The translations under genes and the position numbers were made by a program. From a virus: a stretch of DNA of 64,000 bases. The notes beneath the pieces are model-generated. The model saw nothing but the letters and a program-made list of their open reading frames with translations, made no database searches and was not told the origin of the DNA. Below are positions 1-9,917 of the stretch, piece after piece (the stretch's first letter is position 1; every line of letters begins with the position of its first letter). Location: IMG/VR virus record IMGVR_UViG_3300012347_000106, positions 4,476 to 68,475 of that record. One strand, 5' to 3'.

Positions 1-1579
1 TCTTGCCAACCACATTCTGCTCGAACCAGCCTTTGGTTGTAGATGGGGCAATGCCCGTATCCATCACGTTCTGCAGGGTGAATGGCGCAGCCGCCTCGCC
101 ACCGCGCAGTGGCAGTTTGAATTGGTACGGCCCCGTGCGGGCGTATGGTGGCACCGGGGTAGGTGCGCCGGGAGTGACGGGCTCCACTGCGGTTGGGACC
201 GGGAGGGCTCCGCCGCCTTCTTCAGGGAACAGCTCGGATTGTGTTCGGGCCTTGACCGCATCGGGCTGAGTCAGCAGGTCAGGCGCATTGGCCAACGCGG
301 GGAATTTCTGGCGAGCCTTGGCGTCGTCTGCCGCAGCAGCCGCTTGCGCTTCTTTCGCAGCGCGGATGCTTTCAATGTCGCTCTGGGTGTAGAGCGCCAT
401 CTGTTCGGTCAGCTCGGCTACACGGGCTTTGACTTCAGGGGTTTGCGGCTGCTGCTTGAGGCGTTCGCGCTCTTGCGCCAGCTCTGGGTACCCGCGCTGG
501 AAATCCAACCCCAAGTCCTGCTGCCCCTCGGTTTTTGTCAGCTGCTGCGTAATGGCGTCGATTCGAGCCTGTGTCTCTGGCGTAGGTGCTTCGGCGCGCA
601 GTGCATCCCGTTCAGCCATCAACTCTGGCATTGTGGCAGCAGGTGCTTCTCTCGCGGCGACGGGCTTGCCCATCTCCTCGGGTGTGAACATGGTGCCTTG
701 AGTGCCGGGTGCTGCATCGACGGGCAGTTGGGCTCCGGGCTGCGCCGGTGGTGTTTCGCCGGGTGTTGTCTTCGCTCCCCGGGCGCGACGGCCGAGGGCC
801 AAGTCCATCAGGCCCTGCACAAGCGCGCCGGTGGCACCACCATACGCGGCTTGCTCACCCAGACCATCAATCAGTTCTTGCTCGGGTTTGTACACACCCT
901 TGGCAATGAGGTTTTGCGCGAATCCTGATGCAGCTTCTTGGGCCGCCTCTTCGCCGCCCGCGATCAGTGCACGCTTGACAGCCTCGACCCCCGCAGCTTT
1001 AGACGCCGTTGGGATGCGGGACAAGATGCGGACCGGGGCGAACGCTTCCAGCGCGCCGGGTACCATACCCAAGGCAGTCGCCTTACTGCGTTGTTCATCA
1101 GTTGCCCCAGCCTCCTCCGCGCGCGTGCGGGCTTCACCGGCACCGGCTCCGACACCCATACCGACTGCCGCTGCGCGGCCAGCCCAGCCAAACGGGCCGG
1201 TCAACAAGAATGGGGCTGTGGAGCCGACGGCTTCGCCCAACTTTCGAGATATGGCGTCTTCGTACCCGGCGTTTGCAGCAAACGGCTCTTTGGCAGCAGT
1301 GGCCACCGACTTGATCTTTTCCCGAGCGGATTTCTCCATGTCCTCGGGGAGCAGCGCGGACGCGCCAGTGGCGGCACTTTCCACCAAATTAACCGCGCCG
1401 GGGACGAGACCCTTGAACGCTTCCTTGACATGCCCGAGTGCTGTGGTTTCTGGGGGCTTCGCTCCAGCGTCCGGGTTTTGCGCCAGTACGGCTTGTGCCA
1501 CCTCCGCATCACTTGCCCCCGGTGGGCCCTCAATCTGGTAGGTTCGTCCGTTGGGTGCTGTGATGCGGTAGAGTGGCAT
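1..1579 (-). CDS. virion-associated protein, Ala/Gly-rich, N-terminal part only (runs off left edge)
   Basis: Manual minus-strand translation from the ATG at about 1579 (MPLYRITAPNGRTYQIEGPP...) stays open to position 1. The plus-strand ORFs here (122..928, 702..1541, 938..1660) are low-complexity antisense shadows. The start lies a few nt after the stop of the preceding late gene. Confidence 0.5.
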   Translation of the reverse strand, partial: MPLYRITAPNGRTYQIEGPPGASDAEVAQAVLAQNPDAGAKPPETTALGHVKEAFKGLVPGAVNLVESAATGASALLPEDMEKSAREKIKSVATAAKEPFAANAGYEDAISRKLGEAVGSTAPFLLTGPFGWAGRAAAVGMGVGAGAGEARTRAEEAGATDEQRSKATALGMVPGALEAFAPVRILSRIPTASKAAGVEAVKRALIAGGEEAAQEAASGFAQNLIAKGVYKPEQELIDGLGEQAAYGGATGALVQGLMDLALGRRARGAKTTPGETPPAQPGAQLPVDAAPGTQGTMFTPEEMGKPVAAREAPAATMPELMAERDALRAEAPTPETQARIDAITQQLTKTEGQQDLGLDFQRGYPELAQERERLKQQPQTPEVKARVAELTEQMALYTQSDIESIRAAKEAQAAAAADDAKARQKFPALANAPDLLTQPDAVKARTQSELFPEEGGGALPVPTAVEPVTPGAPTPVPPYARTGPYQFKLPLRGGEAAAPFTLQNVMDTGIAPSTTKGWFEQNVVGK

Positions 1580-1585
1580 GGTGCG

Positions 1586-3220
1586 CTATGGGTTTACGAC
1601 TTGGGCTTTACCCCAGCCGGCGTTACTGGTTCCGCCGGGGCTTCCTGCGCCGGGGGCTGACGCCATTGTACGACCCTCTGCCGCTGCCATCAACCGGGCA
1701 GTTTCCGCTTGAATCATCTGCTGCATATACGACGGGTCTTTAGCGGCCTTCATCTGCATGGCCATGTTGGCTTTGAGCGTCGCGTTGACGTTGTCCATCG
1801 CCTTGTCCGCGATCGAAGCTCGGTCCTTGGCAGTGAGTTCTCCACGCCCTTCTGTGCGCGTATTGGCCGCAGCCAATTGGTATCCACCCTGCACATGCGC
1901 CACGTCCATCCGGCCCTTCTGCTCCACTTGGGTTTTGTAGATGCCGGACGCAATCTCAGCATCCTTGCCGGTGATGTCCATGATGCCTTTGACGCCGAAC
2001 TCACGGGCTTTAGACATGCGGGCGTCAGCCTTCTCCTCGAAGGATTGGGCTGTTTTCCAGTCGTCGCGGGACTCGGCACGGCGAGCATTTTCGATGTCGG
2101 CCATGGCCTTCTGGCGTTCCTTGGCGGCTTTCTTCATGTCTTTCATGGCACCGGAATACTCTTCCAGCCCCGCCATGGCGCCCTTGCCAATATTCTCAAA
2201 TGCGTGTGGGGACGTCCCTGACATCATGCCAAGACCTGCTTTAAAGATCGCAACGCCAATGGCTTCGTCTTTCTCTTTGGCGGCACCGGATTCCTCCGAC
2301 TTCAGCATTTCCTCATACTTGGAGTACGCTACGCCTTCAGGTTTACCGTCGTCCCGGCGCTTGCGTGAGGCTGCAACGGCGGCTTCTTCATCCTTATAGA
2401 ACTTGTCCAGATCGTTGCGCATGCTCTTGGTATCCAAGAACTGGCCGGACAGCTTTTTGGCCTCGTCGATGGATGGTGCGCCAGCACCGGGGGCCCCGCG
2501 CAATGCAGCGGCTTCTTTGGTGCCGCCAAGGCCAGCTTCAACCTTCGGTTTTGGTGCCGGCGCCGTGGGTGCAGCAGGTGTAACTTTGGCCTCCATCTGC
2601 TGGGGTGTCATACGTTCTGTTGGTCGAGATACCGGCGCGGCCGCTGGGGGCACAACCGGTGTAGCGGACAACTGCGCAAGCTCGGCCGTACCCTCAGCAG
2701 CACGCTCTGGGGAGCCGAATAGGTAGTTTGCAAAGCTGGTTTTCTGGCGGGCGGCAAGCTCGTCCTGCTGCCGCTGTGCCATTGCGCGTTCGCGTTCCGC
2801 TTTAATTCTGTCGGCTTCGCGGTTGTCTTGCCACCACTTTTCGTATGACTGGGGAATGCGAGATACGTCCTGCACAAACTGGGACTGTGAACCGTTAAAG
2901 CGATCCACGCCACCACCATCGGCAAAGGCCACGATGCCACCATCAGCAAAACCCATCTCGCCTGTGGGGAGTGCTGCAATACCCGCACCATCGGGCGACT
3001 GCTGGGGGGCCATAGCCTGCAGGGCTTGGTCGACGACTTTGGGCTGCTCCTGCATGGAGCCCGCTTGTGCGGACGCCCGCAAGTCCTTGCGACGCTTGGA
3101 TTCCGACATGGCCAAGGCCATGATATACGGGTCCGACTTGTGCATCGCGGCGTACTGCTGCAACGCTTGGTCTGGCATCTTGGCCAGACGGGACGTGATC
3201 TGCTCAATATTAATCATCAC
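1586..3220 (-). CDS. virion protein (putative internal/ejection protein), charged and Ala-rich
   Basis: 544-aa ORF with a 4-nt overlap with the upstream gene. It sits at the distal end of the late operon among low-complexity virion-protein-like genes. No recognisable catalytic motif. Confidence 0.5.
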   Translation of the reverse strand: MMINIEQITSRLAKMPDQALQQYAAMHKSDPYIMALAMSESKRRKDLRASAQAGSMQEQPKVVDQALQAMAPQQSPDGAGIAALPTGEMGFADGGIVAFADGGGVDRFNGSQSQFVQDVSRIPQSYEKWWQDNREADRIKAERERAMAQRQQDELAARQKTSFANYLFGSPERAAEGTAELAQLSATPVVPPAAAPVSRPTERMTPQQMEAKVTPAAPTAPAPKPKVEAGLGGTKEAAALRGAPGAGAPSIDEAKKLSGQFLDTKSMRNDLDKFYKDEEAAVAASRKRRDDGKPEGVAYSKYEEMLKSEESGAAKEKDEAIGVAIFKAGLGMMSGTSPHAFENIGKGAMAGLEEYSGAMKDMKKAAKERQKAMADIENARRAESRDDWKTAQSFEEKADARMSKAREFGVKGIMDITGKDAEIASGIYKTQVEQKGRMDVAHVQGGYQLAAANTRTEGRGELTAKDRASIADKAMDNVNATLKANMAMQMKAAKDPSYMQQMIQAETARLMAAAEGRTMASAPGAGSPGGTSNAGWGKAQVVNP

Positions 3221-4770
3221 TGACCTTCCATCATGTCGGCAATCGCCAAATCCATCAACCCGCCGGAGGCGTACCCGCGAGCGACACCGCCCTTGGCCAT
3301 CAGCTTGCTTGCGCCATAGGCTGCAGTGCCGAGACCCGCCACCTGAGATGCCGCACTGGGTGCGGCCGAGTACATAGTCTGTGTTGAGCCAGACGGCGTG
3401 CCGCGCAGCAGGTTGGATTGGAACTCCAGTTGCTGGTATGGGAACTTCTGCTGGTTCTGGAAGTCTTCGTACTGCTGGCTAAGGACGTTTTGCACCTGCT
3501 GCTGCTGCTGTGTGCCGTACGCATTCTGCAGCTTGTTGACGTCCATGGCCTGACCAAACTGCTGGCCACCAAGTGCACCCAACTGACCTGCGCCTGTGAG
3601 CGCGGTCTGCAAGCCCTGAAGGCCGAGACCTGCACCGTATTGGCGAGACTGCTCTTCGAGCTGCTGCGCGGCCTGACCGTACTGCGCTCCGGCTTGTGCA
3701 CCCGTCATTGCCTGCTGTGCAGCAAACTGGTTCGCTGCCTCTTGGGCTTGCTGGGCCGACATGCCGTACTGGGCCTGCAACTGAGCGGCGCTCAAGCCTT
3801 GACCTGCACCAAACTGACGAGACTGCTCCGCCAACTGTTGGGCGTTCAAGCCGTACTGCTGGTTTGCCAAGGCTGCCTGAAGGCCCGTCTGCGCGCCGAG
3901 CTGTTGAGTGCTCAGTTTGGAAGCCAAATTCTGCTGACCCACAGTCAGTCCAGCCTGTTGGTTGGCTTGCTGCGCCTGCAGTCGAGCGGCCTGCTCTTGG
4001 TTGAATTGCTGCTGAGCCTGCTGGTATGCGGCCTGTGAGCCTGTGGCTTGAATGTCACCAAGCTGCGTGCCGAGGTTGCGCTGGCGCTCCGCTTCGACGA
4101 TGGCCTGACGAGAGCCGCCGAACGCGCCTTGGCCTACCGCTTGTGCTTGGTTCTGATTGCGCTGAATTTCCGAGGCGCGCGTTGCTTCGCGCTGCTGCAT
4201 TCCAACAACGCTCTGCATGTACGGCGACATGTAGGCTTCTGCCGCGTTTGGCTGGGCAAACGACTGCGTGCGAACCTGCTGCGCCGGGCCCATGCCGTAC
4301 TGGTTGAGCTGCGGTGCCTGCACTTGCTGCGCGTTGAACTGCCCGGTTTCATATTGGCCCGGGGCTTGGAAGGGGTTCTGGAACTGCGATGGGTTGTACT
4401 GACCCGGAGCTTGGAACTGGTTCTGGAACTGCCCGGCATCATAACCCGTGTTGAGTGCGCGATCGGACGCTGTTGCTGCTGTTGCCGCACCCAAACCTGT
4501 TGCCGCCGAAGGCTGCATTGACCCAGCGCCTTGGAAGGCTTGCTGCTGCAGTGGCGTGAACTGCGCTGTGCGCTCACCTTGGTAGGCTTGGTACGGCGAG
4601 TTGGACAGTGCAGAGCCTTTGCCCAGCACTTCTTGCGCGTAGGGTTTGGCCCAGTCTGGCAGGTCTTGGGTCTGCGTTGTGCTAGATGGACCTCCGCCAC
4701 CGCCGCCATCCATTGGGTAGAGACGCCGGTTGTCGGCTGAGTAGCCGCTGAATTTGTTGCCGATAATCAT
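3217..4770 (-). CDS. Gln-rich low-complexity virion protein (putative internal/ejection protein)
   Basis: The ORF track gives 3217..4884. I moved the start to the in-frame ATG at 4770, which overlaps the GNAT gene stop (ATGA coupling) rather than giving a 118-nt overlap. The protein has long Q/A/G-rich repeats. Confidence 0.5.
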   Translation of the reverse strand: MIIGNKFSGYSADNRRLYPMDGGGGGGPSSTTQTQDLPDWAKPYAQEVLGKGSALSNSPYQAYQGERTAQFTPLQQQAFQGAGSMQPSAATGLGAATAATASDRALNTGYDAGQFQNQFQAPGQYNPSQFQNPFQAPGQYETGQFNAQQVQAPQLNQYGMGPAQQVRTQSFAQPNAAEAYMSPYMQSVVGMQQREATRASEIQRNQNQAQAVGQGAFGGSRQAIVEAERQRNLGTQLGDIQATGSQAAYQQAQQQFNQEQAARLQAQQANQQAGLTVGQQNLASKLSTQQLGAQTGLQAALANQQYGLNAQQLAEQSRQFGAGQGLSAAQLQAQYGMSAQQAQEAANQFAAQQAMTGAQAGAQYGQAAQQLEEQSRQYGAGLGLQGLQTALTGAGQLGALGGQQFGQAMDVNKLQNAYGTQQQQQVQNVLSQQYEDFQNQQKFPYQQLEFQSNLLRGTPSGSTQTMYSAAPSAASQVAGLGTAAYGASKLMAKGGVARGYASGGLMDLAIADMMEGQ

Positions 4771-5174
4771 AGCTCGATCCTCATCACATTGTGGGTCTTG
4801 TTCAGACCCATTTTCTCGTACATCGGGACCAAGTTGTCTTGGCACCAGCATTGTGCTTTTGTGGCCCCGTTCAGGCGCATCCACTGCATGGCTTCTTCAA
4901 ACACATGCTTGCGGACAATTGACTTTCCGCCCATCAAGTGAGCGTGTGCCACCCGGTGCATGGGCATGTCCTGAAAGCTGATCGTCACCGCGCCCGTGAT
5001 GCCTTCATTGGGCTCTTCCCAAACCAGCAGGTGGTACGCGCCAGTGCGCACACCGTATTCAACCTGCTCAATGGTGATAGCGCCGGGGTCGATGTCGATG
5101 GCTTTTTGCAGCAAAGGAGCAGCCAACGGCCAGATGGACGGCATGAGGTTTGGCGGAACTTGGTGCAGTGGCAT
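4767..5174 (-). CDS. GNAT-family N-acetyltransferase
   Basis: 135 aa. The C-terminal region (LNGATKAQ...NLVPMYEKMG) resembles the GNAT acetyl-CoA-binding motifs. It is translationally coupled on both sides within the virion-protein block. Confidence 0.55.
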   Translation of the reverse strand: MPLHQVPPNLMPSIWPLAAPLLQKAIDIDPGAITIEQVEYGVRTGAYHLLVWEEPNEGITGAVTISFQDMPMHRVAHAHLMGGKSIVRKHVFEEAMQWMRLNGATKAQCWCQDNLVPMYEKMGLNKTHNVMRIEL

Positions 5175-5176
5175 GG

Positions 5177-6574
5177 TTACACAGGCAGGAGTTTTTCGGC
5201 GCGGCTGTTGACGGCTACGCGGTCTTTGCCGACAGTCTTGGAGCGAGCCTTTTGCACGCGGTCCATCATGGCGTACAGCTTGCGTGCGCCAGCTTCGGTC
5301 GAGCCATTGCCCAACTCAGACACAATGCGCGCAGGCACCACGAACTCACCGTCCGCCAGACGGGCGGGGCGCTTTTCACCGATGGTTGCAGGGATGTCGT
5401 CAGACACACCGTCGCCGGGGCCGCGCAGCAAACGTCCGCCGTCCGAGTAGTCGCCCAGATGGCTTTGGCCACCTTGGGCCAGAGATGCAATACCGCCTTG
5501 GGCGTATCGCATGCCGCCGTTGGCCATCACGGTCTCAGCTTGGTTGCGGTCAGACATAGCCTCGACTGGGCCGGTGTCCATGAGACCACCGCCCGCCGCT
5601 GTGCGGGTGTAGATGGGGTTGAAGTAGTTGCGCTGCCCTGTGGCTGCGCCGGTATAGCCTGCTTGAGGGTCTGCAACGCGGCCGGGATCGTAGCTGTACA
5701 TCCAAGGCTTCTCGGATGGTTTTTGCGCGGCCTTCTCGGGTTCTTGCATCAACAGCGGGAGACCTGCAGCGTAGCCGTACTTCAGCAAACCCATGCCACC
5801 GCCAACACCGGTAGCTTCCACGCCCTTAGATGCGGCGTTACCCATAAAGGCTTCGCGTCCGGCTTCGGTTCCCAAGTTCTTGAAACCTTGGCCGAGCTGT
5901 GAAAACTTGTCGGCCATTGGGGTTGGGGCCGGTGTTGTTGTTGGGACTGCCGCCGCCGCATTGATGGGAGAGACTGGCGGAGCCGAAAACGCAGAAGGCT
6001 GAATGCCTTGAGCAGCCATGTCTGCTTGAAAACCTGCACCCAATTGACCGGCAGTTTGTGCGCCCATGGACGCGCCAGTAGCCCCCACCGTCGGGGTTAT
6101 GCCCTGAGCAGCCATAGAGGCCTCAAAACCTGTACCCAGTTGTGCGGCTGTCTGAGGGCCCATAGACCCCACCCCCGCAGCGCCAGCCTCTGCCGCACCA
6201 ACACCTGCAGCGCCAGCACTCATCAAACCGCCAGCCAAACCCGCACCGCCAAATGCGCCCATGCCCGCCATCAAGCCCTTGCTTAAGCTACCTGTGGCAA
6301 CGCCGTAACCAGCGCCAGTAATACCGGCAGCCATCAACGGGGTCAACGCACCGCCCGACGCAACGGACAAACCAGCGCCAATTACCATGGGCAGGATGCT
6401 CGACAGGAAGCCAGCTTCTGGCAGGCCGGTGTCTGGGTTGGTGGTCAGGGAGCCGCCATGTGCTTTGGCAAGCGCCTGCAGGCCAGCCACCTCTTGTGGG
6501 GCCATGTGGACGAGTTGAGTGTCGGGGCCACGGCCGCGAGAGGCCATGTGTTGTGCGGCAAGTTGTAGGCTCAT
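5177..6574 (-). CDS. Gly/Ala-rich virion protein (putative internal/ejection or tail-associated protein)
   Basis: 465 aa with long G/A-rich segments and a structured C-terminal domain. Part of the late operon. Confidence 0.55.
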   Translation of the reverse strand: MSLQLAAQHMASRGRGPDTQLVHMAPQEVAGLQALAKAHGGSLTTNPDTGLPEAGFLSSILPMVIGAGLSVASGGALTPLMAAGITGAGYGVATGSLSKGLMAGMGAFGGAGLAGGLMSAGAAGVGAAEAGAAGVGSMGPQTAAQLGTGFEASMAAQGITPTVGATGASMGAQTAGQLGAGFQADMAAQGIQPSAFSAPPVSPINAAAAVPTTTPAPTPMADKFSQLGQGFKNLGTEAGREAFMGNAASKGVEATGVGGGMGLLKYGYAAGLPLLMQEPEKAAQKPSEKPWMYSYDPGRVADPQAGYTGAATGQRNYFNPIYTRTAAGGGLMDTGPVEAMSDRNQAETVMANGGMRYAQGGIASLAQGGQSHLGDYSDGGRLLRGPGDGVSDDIPATIGEKRPARLADGEFVVPARIVSELGNGSTEAGARKLYAMMDRVQKARSKTVGKDRVAVNSRAEKLLPV

Positions 6575-6612
6575 TTGTGCCTCTCGGGAAGGGGGTTGAT
6601 CGAGTCTATCAT

Positions 6613-7251
6613 TTACGGGGGTGTCGGTCTAGGGTCTGGCAGTGGGCCGATGAAGTTCACCGACATCACTGAAGACGGGATTCCGGGGTGTGGGCTGGTT
6701 GCGGTATCAGCGGCAAGCTGCACAGTTGTGTCCGAGGCGGAAATCATCAACTCCAGATACTCCCCGACTTGCATGTCAATGTCGAAAGAATACGCAACCG
6801 GGGCATAAGCTCCGGGGCCAGAAATGGTGTATGCGCGGGTGGAATACCCAATGTCTGTGCCATTGCGTCGAATCCACAGAAACACGTTCTTTGAGCTGTT
6901 GTTGGTGCTTTCAAGCTGTCCGCTGAATTGGAAGTTGTATATACCACCAATCCCGATCAGGATTCGGCTGGTCGTGCTCAGCGACACCGCATTACTCAGA
7001 TATGTGGCGTTATACACCACGGGGTACGCTGTGTTAGCAGCTGCAATCGTCTGGTCCGCAGTATTGAAGAACAATCCTGATGGACAATCCACGAACCTTC
7101 CGCCGTTCACCCCCAAGACCGAGGACAGCGCGTTGTCGAGCTGGTTGAAGTACAGACGCAGCACATCGCTGTGCTGGTTGTGGAAGCGCGGCTCGTACTC
7201 CTGCGGGGCAACCGGCAGGAACGGAGGGCGGGTAATGGTGAGCCGGGTCAT
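6613..7251 (-). CDS. structural protein (tail-associated), hypothetical
   Basis: 212-aa ORF with a 4-nt overlap with the upstream 647-aa gene. Confidence 0.5.
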   Translation of the reverse strand: MTRLTITRPPFLPVAPQEYEPRFHNQHSDVLRLYFNQLDNALSSVLGVNGGRFVDCPSGLFFNTADQTIAAANTAYPVVYNATYLSNAVSLSTTSRILIGIGGIYNFQFSGQLESTNNSSKNVFLWIRRNGTDIGYSTRAYTISGPGAYAPVAYSFDIDMQVGEYLELMISASDTTVQLAADTATSPHPGIPSSVMSVNFIGPLPDPRPTPP

Positions 7252-9191
7252 CGGCGGCCATCCGGACGAATGTCAATTGACGGCACGCCAAGCTGCCACT
7301 GCACGCCCAGCCCGTCAGAGCCGACCCGGAACGCCATCTGGCGACCGCGCACACGGGTGTACACAATCTCGGTGAACTGCTGCACCACGTAGTTGCGCTG
7401 GCCCTGATAGTTCTGGGCGCTCACGACATCCGGGGCGGGCGCTGTGCCGTAGTTTGAGCCCGGGTTCTGCCGAGGGCGCACGGTGAATGTGACCGAGGGG
7501 TTGTTCACGTACGAGCCGTCAAACGTCACGTCGGGGATCATGCGCCACACAAAGCCGTAGTTGTGGCCGTCGCCAATGTTGATGTCGGCAGACTGGATGT
7601 AGGACTCGATTGCAGTGGGTGGGTTGGTTGTGCCGTCGTCCACGCCGTCTTCGTGATAGATCAACTGGCCGTTGTAGCCTGCTGCCGTCGGGAAGTCACG
7701 CAGTGGTGAGTCAACCCAAGCGGTGCGCGCCATGTTTCCGTACGACCAAATTTTCTCCAAGTGGTTGTACACCACGTAGCGGTCGATCTCGGTCGAGTTG
7801 GCCGAGCAGTAAAACCACCAGATTTCGTTGAAGCCTTCGTTGGTGCTGGCAAAGAACTGGTACTGCTGCTGCAGGTTAATGTCGCCGAAGATGTACTGGC
7901 GCAGGGGGCAATAGAGCGTTTCCACACGACCGGAGTACATGTAGAACTTGTCCAAACCCATCCAGTACGTGACGTTCGCGGCCGTGGCAATTGCGTTCGG
8001 GCCAGCAATTGACAGGTTTGCACCCAAAATCTGGAAGCCCCAGACGTACGGCGGGCCAAGGTACTGCATGGAGTACAGGGCTGCATCTGTCCACACCAAG
8101 ATTTCTTGGCGAGTCTGCAGGTTGGCCACGATGGACGAACCCGTGCTCAGGCGGTAACTGCCCGCTTGGTTGGTTGCTGCGGGTGCCCACATGGCGTAAT
8201 TTTCTTGGTCTGACCAGCGAACCAAGAGCGGGTCAATGGCTGTTTCACCGTAATCATTGCAACCAAAAGCCAGCACAAAACGAGAGGCGTCTGAGACGGC
8301 AACCGCATTGCACACCGACGGGCAGCTTGTGTCGGTGGTGTACGGAGAGGGGCTGGTTGAGCTAAGCAAAACCGCACGGTCGTAGACAGTCGGGCTGGCA
8401 TTCACCTTCCACAGGTACAGAGCGCCGCCCCGGGGGTTGATGATGAGGTCTTGGCCGTAGTTGGCCTGACTCCAGAGGCGCATTTGAATGTCCACGCCAA
8501 GGCCGCCCGGAGCGGCTTCACCCCAGCCTGTAAGCGTGCCGCCAGAATCCCCACCCCATCCGCCAGCACCCCAGCCAACACCCGTGGTGTAAATTTCGCC
8601 ACCAACAGAAACTTGATACGCAAAGTCCGCCGCGCCTGTTGTGCCAGACGACGTGGCAGGCGATGAAACCGTGATGCTGTATGTGTTCGACGTGAGGTAC
8701 GTGATGCGGAACTCTTGGTTTAGGGCTGCAGCCGGAATGCCGTTGATGGCTCCACCGACTCCGGAAATCGTCACAAAGTCCCCCGTAACGCCGTTGTACC
8801 CGGTGTCATTCACCACCACAGTGGTCGAGCCATTCGTCGTGGTGAAAGCGTTGGACGCTACTGTGCTCTCCAAGCGAAGCGGCGTGATGTCGTAAAAATT
8901 ACCGCCAGAGGTTTGCTGTATGTAGTATTTGAGGTTTGTGCCCAGCCCCATCAGGTTGAATCCGGACAGCGTGATCCAGTTCCACAGAGATCGGCAAACA
9001 CCCCAGAATGAGCCAGTAGGCGGCTGCAGTGTTGCCTCTGCCGTACCGGTATCCAGCGTCCAGCCACCAATTTTCTCGGGGTAGCCCGAGCGAAAGCGCA
9101 CCTTGTCCATCTCGAACCAAGTGCCTTCATTGGCCAGTGATGTCGATTCTCGGTTGACGCCGGGTCGTAGCTGGAGTTTTTGCAATGGCAT
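7248..9191 (-). CDS. large tail protein (putative tail tubular/nozzle-type), hypothetical
   Basis: 647 aa, beta-rich. It follows the lysis cassette and homing endonuclease in the late operon. Confidence 0.5.
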   Translation of the reverse strand: MPLQKLQLRPGVNRESTSLANEGTWFEMDKVRFRSGYPEKIGGWTLDTGTAEATLQPPTGSFWGVCRSLWNWITLSGFNLMGLGTNLKYYIQQTSGGNFYDITPLRLESTVASNAFTTTNGSTTVVVNDTGYNGVTGDFVTISGVGGAINGIPAAALNQEFRITYLTSNTYSITVSSPATSSGTTGAADFAYQVSVGGEIYTTGVGWGAGGWGGDSGGTLTGWGEAAPGGLGVDIQMRLWSQANYGQDLIINPRGGALYLWKVNASPTVYDRAVLLSSTSPSPYTTDTSCPSVCNAVAVSDASRFVLAFGCNDYGETAIDPLLVRWSDQENYAMWAPAATNQAGSYRLSTGSSIVANLQTRQEILVWTDAALYSMQYLGPPYVWGFQILGANLSIAGPNAIATAANVTYWMGLDKFYMYSGRVETLYCPLRQYIFGDINLQQQYQFFASTNEGFNEIWWFYCSANSTEIDRYVVYNHLEKIWSYGNMARTAWVDSPLRDFPTAAGYNGQLIYHEDGVDDGTTNPPTAIESYIQSADINIGDGHNYGFVWRMIPDVTFDGSYVNNPSVTFTVRPRQNPGSNYGTAPAPDVVSAQNYQGQRNYVVQQFTEIVYTRVRGRQMAFRVGSDGLGVQWQLGVPSIDIRPDGRR

Positions 9192-9200
9192 GTTGGCCTC

Positions 9201-9917
9201 TTAGGTGAGCACGGCCAGCGCGTGGTTGATGTGCTTGATACGGTCTTCTGATCCCATTATCTCAGGGGAGGGTTCGTTTGTCACCAGTCGTCTTTTGGCT
9301 TCCGCTCTGGCCTTTGCCAAGGCTGAAAGTTTGGCTTTTGTTGCATCCGACATCGGCTTCCCAATTCTGGATACCGACATCCGAGCGCGTGTTTCTGGAG
9401 ATTTCTTTCTACCCTTGTGGGCAGCAGACATTTTTTGGCGCGTCTCAAGCGGAATTTTCCGCCCCATCTTGGCAAGTGAAAGTCTTGCGCGAACCTCGTC
9501 CGACGGGCTCACCCCTTTGTTTCCCGGCGATTTTCCGGTTTGGGCTTCTGCAAGTTTGGCTCTGTGCTCGGCACTTTTTGGTGGGAGTTTTTTCCCCTTG
9601 TGCGCCATCGACATTTTTTGTCGCGTTTCCATGCTGTGCTTGGACCCTGACGCGCCCTCTCCGCCAAGCGTCATGTTTACCAGTGGTACCCTCATGTCTG
9701 CAAAGCAAGAGATTAAAAAGCGCTCATGCAAGAAAGCCTCTTCTTCTGTCGGCCAGTACGCAACAACTTCAGCTTGAAAGCTGTGCTTTGCAGCAACTCT
9801 TTTCCAATACTCACTGCGGCCGTGTATAGAATGGGCGCGGGAGCCGCGTCCTTTGCCGATGTAAAAGACTTTGCCATCCGACTTGCGGACGTGCAGGTAC
9901 GTGTAAAAGCCAGTCAT
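9201..9917 (-). CDS. GIY-YIG homing endonuclease with NUMOD3 DNA-binding repeats
   Basis: N-terminal YTYLH...FYIGKGRG...R..E (GIY-YIG core). There are 5-6 tandem NUMOD3-like repeats (ETRQKMSxAHKGKK). The C-terminal 15 aa resemble the C-terminus of the adjacent endolysin. Confidence 0.85.
   Translation of the reverse strand: MTGFYTYLHVRKSDGKVFYIGKGRGSRAHSIHGRSEYWKRVAAKHSFQAEVVAYWPTEEEAFLHERFLISCFADMRVPLVNMTLGGEGASGSKHSMETRQKMSMAHKGKKLPPKSAEHRAKLAEAQTGKSPGNKGVSPSDEVRARLSLAKMGRKIPLETRQKMSAAHKGRKKSPETRARMSVSRIGKPMSDATKAKLSALAKARAEAKRRLVTNEPSPEIMGSEDRIKHINHALAVLT

Noticed and set aside
122-1660. Plus-strand ORFs 122..928, 702..1541, 938..1660 (240-279 aa)
   Set aside because: Low-complexity Arg/Leu/Ala/Ser/Pro-rich translations typical of GC-rich antisense frames. 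A coherent minus-strand protein in the late-operon orientation covers the region.
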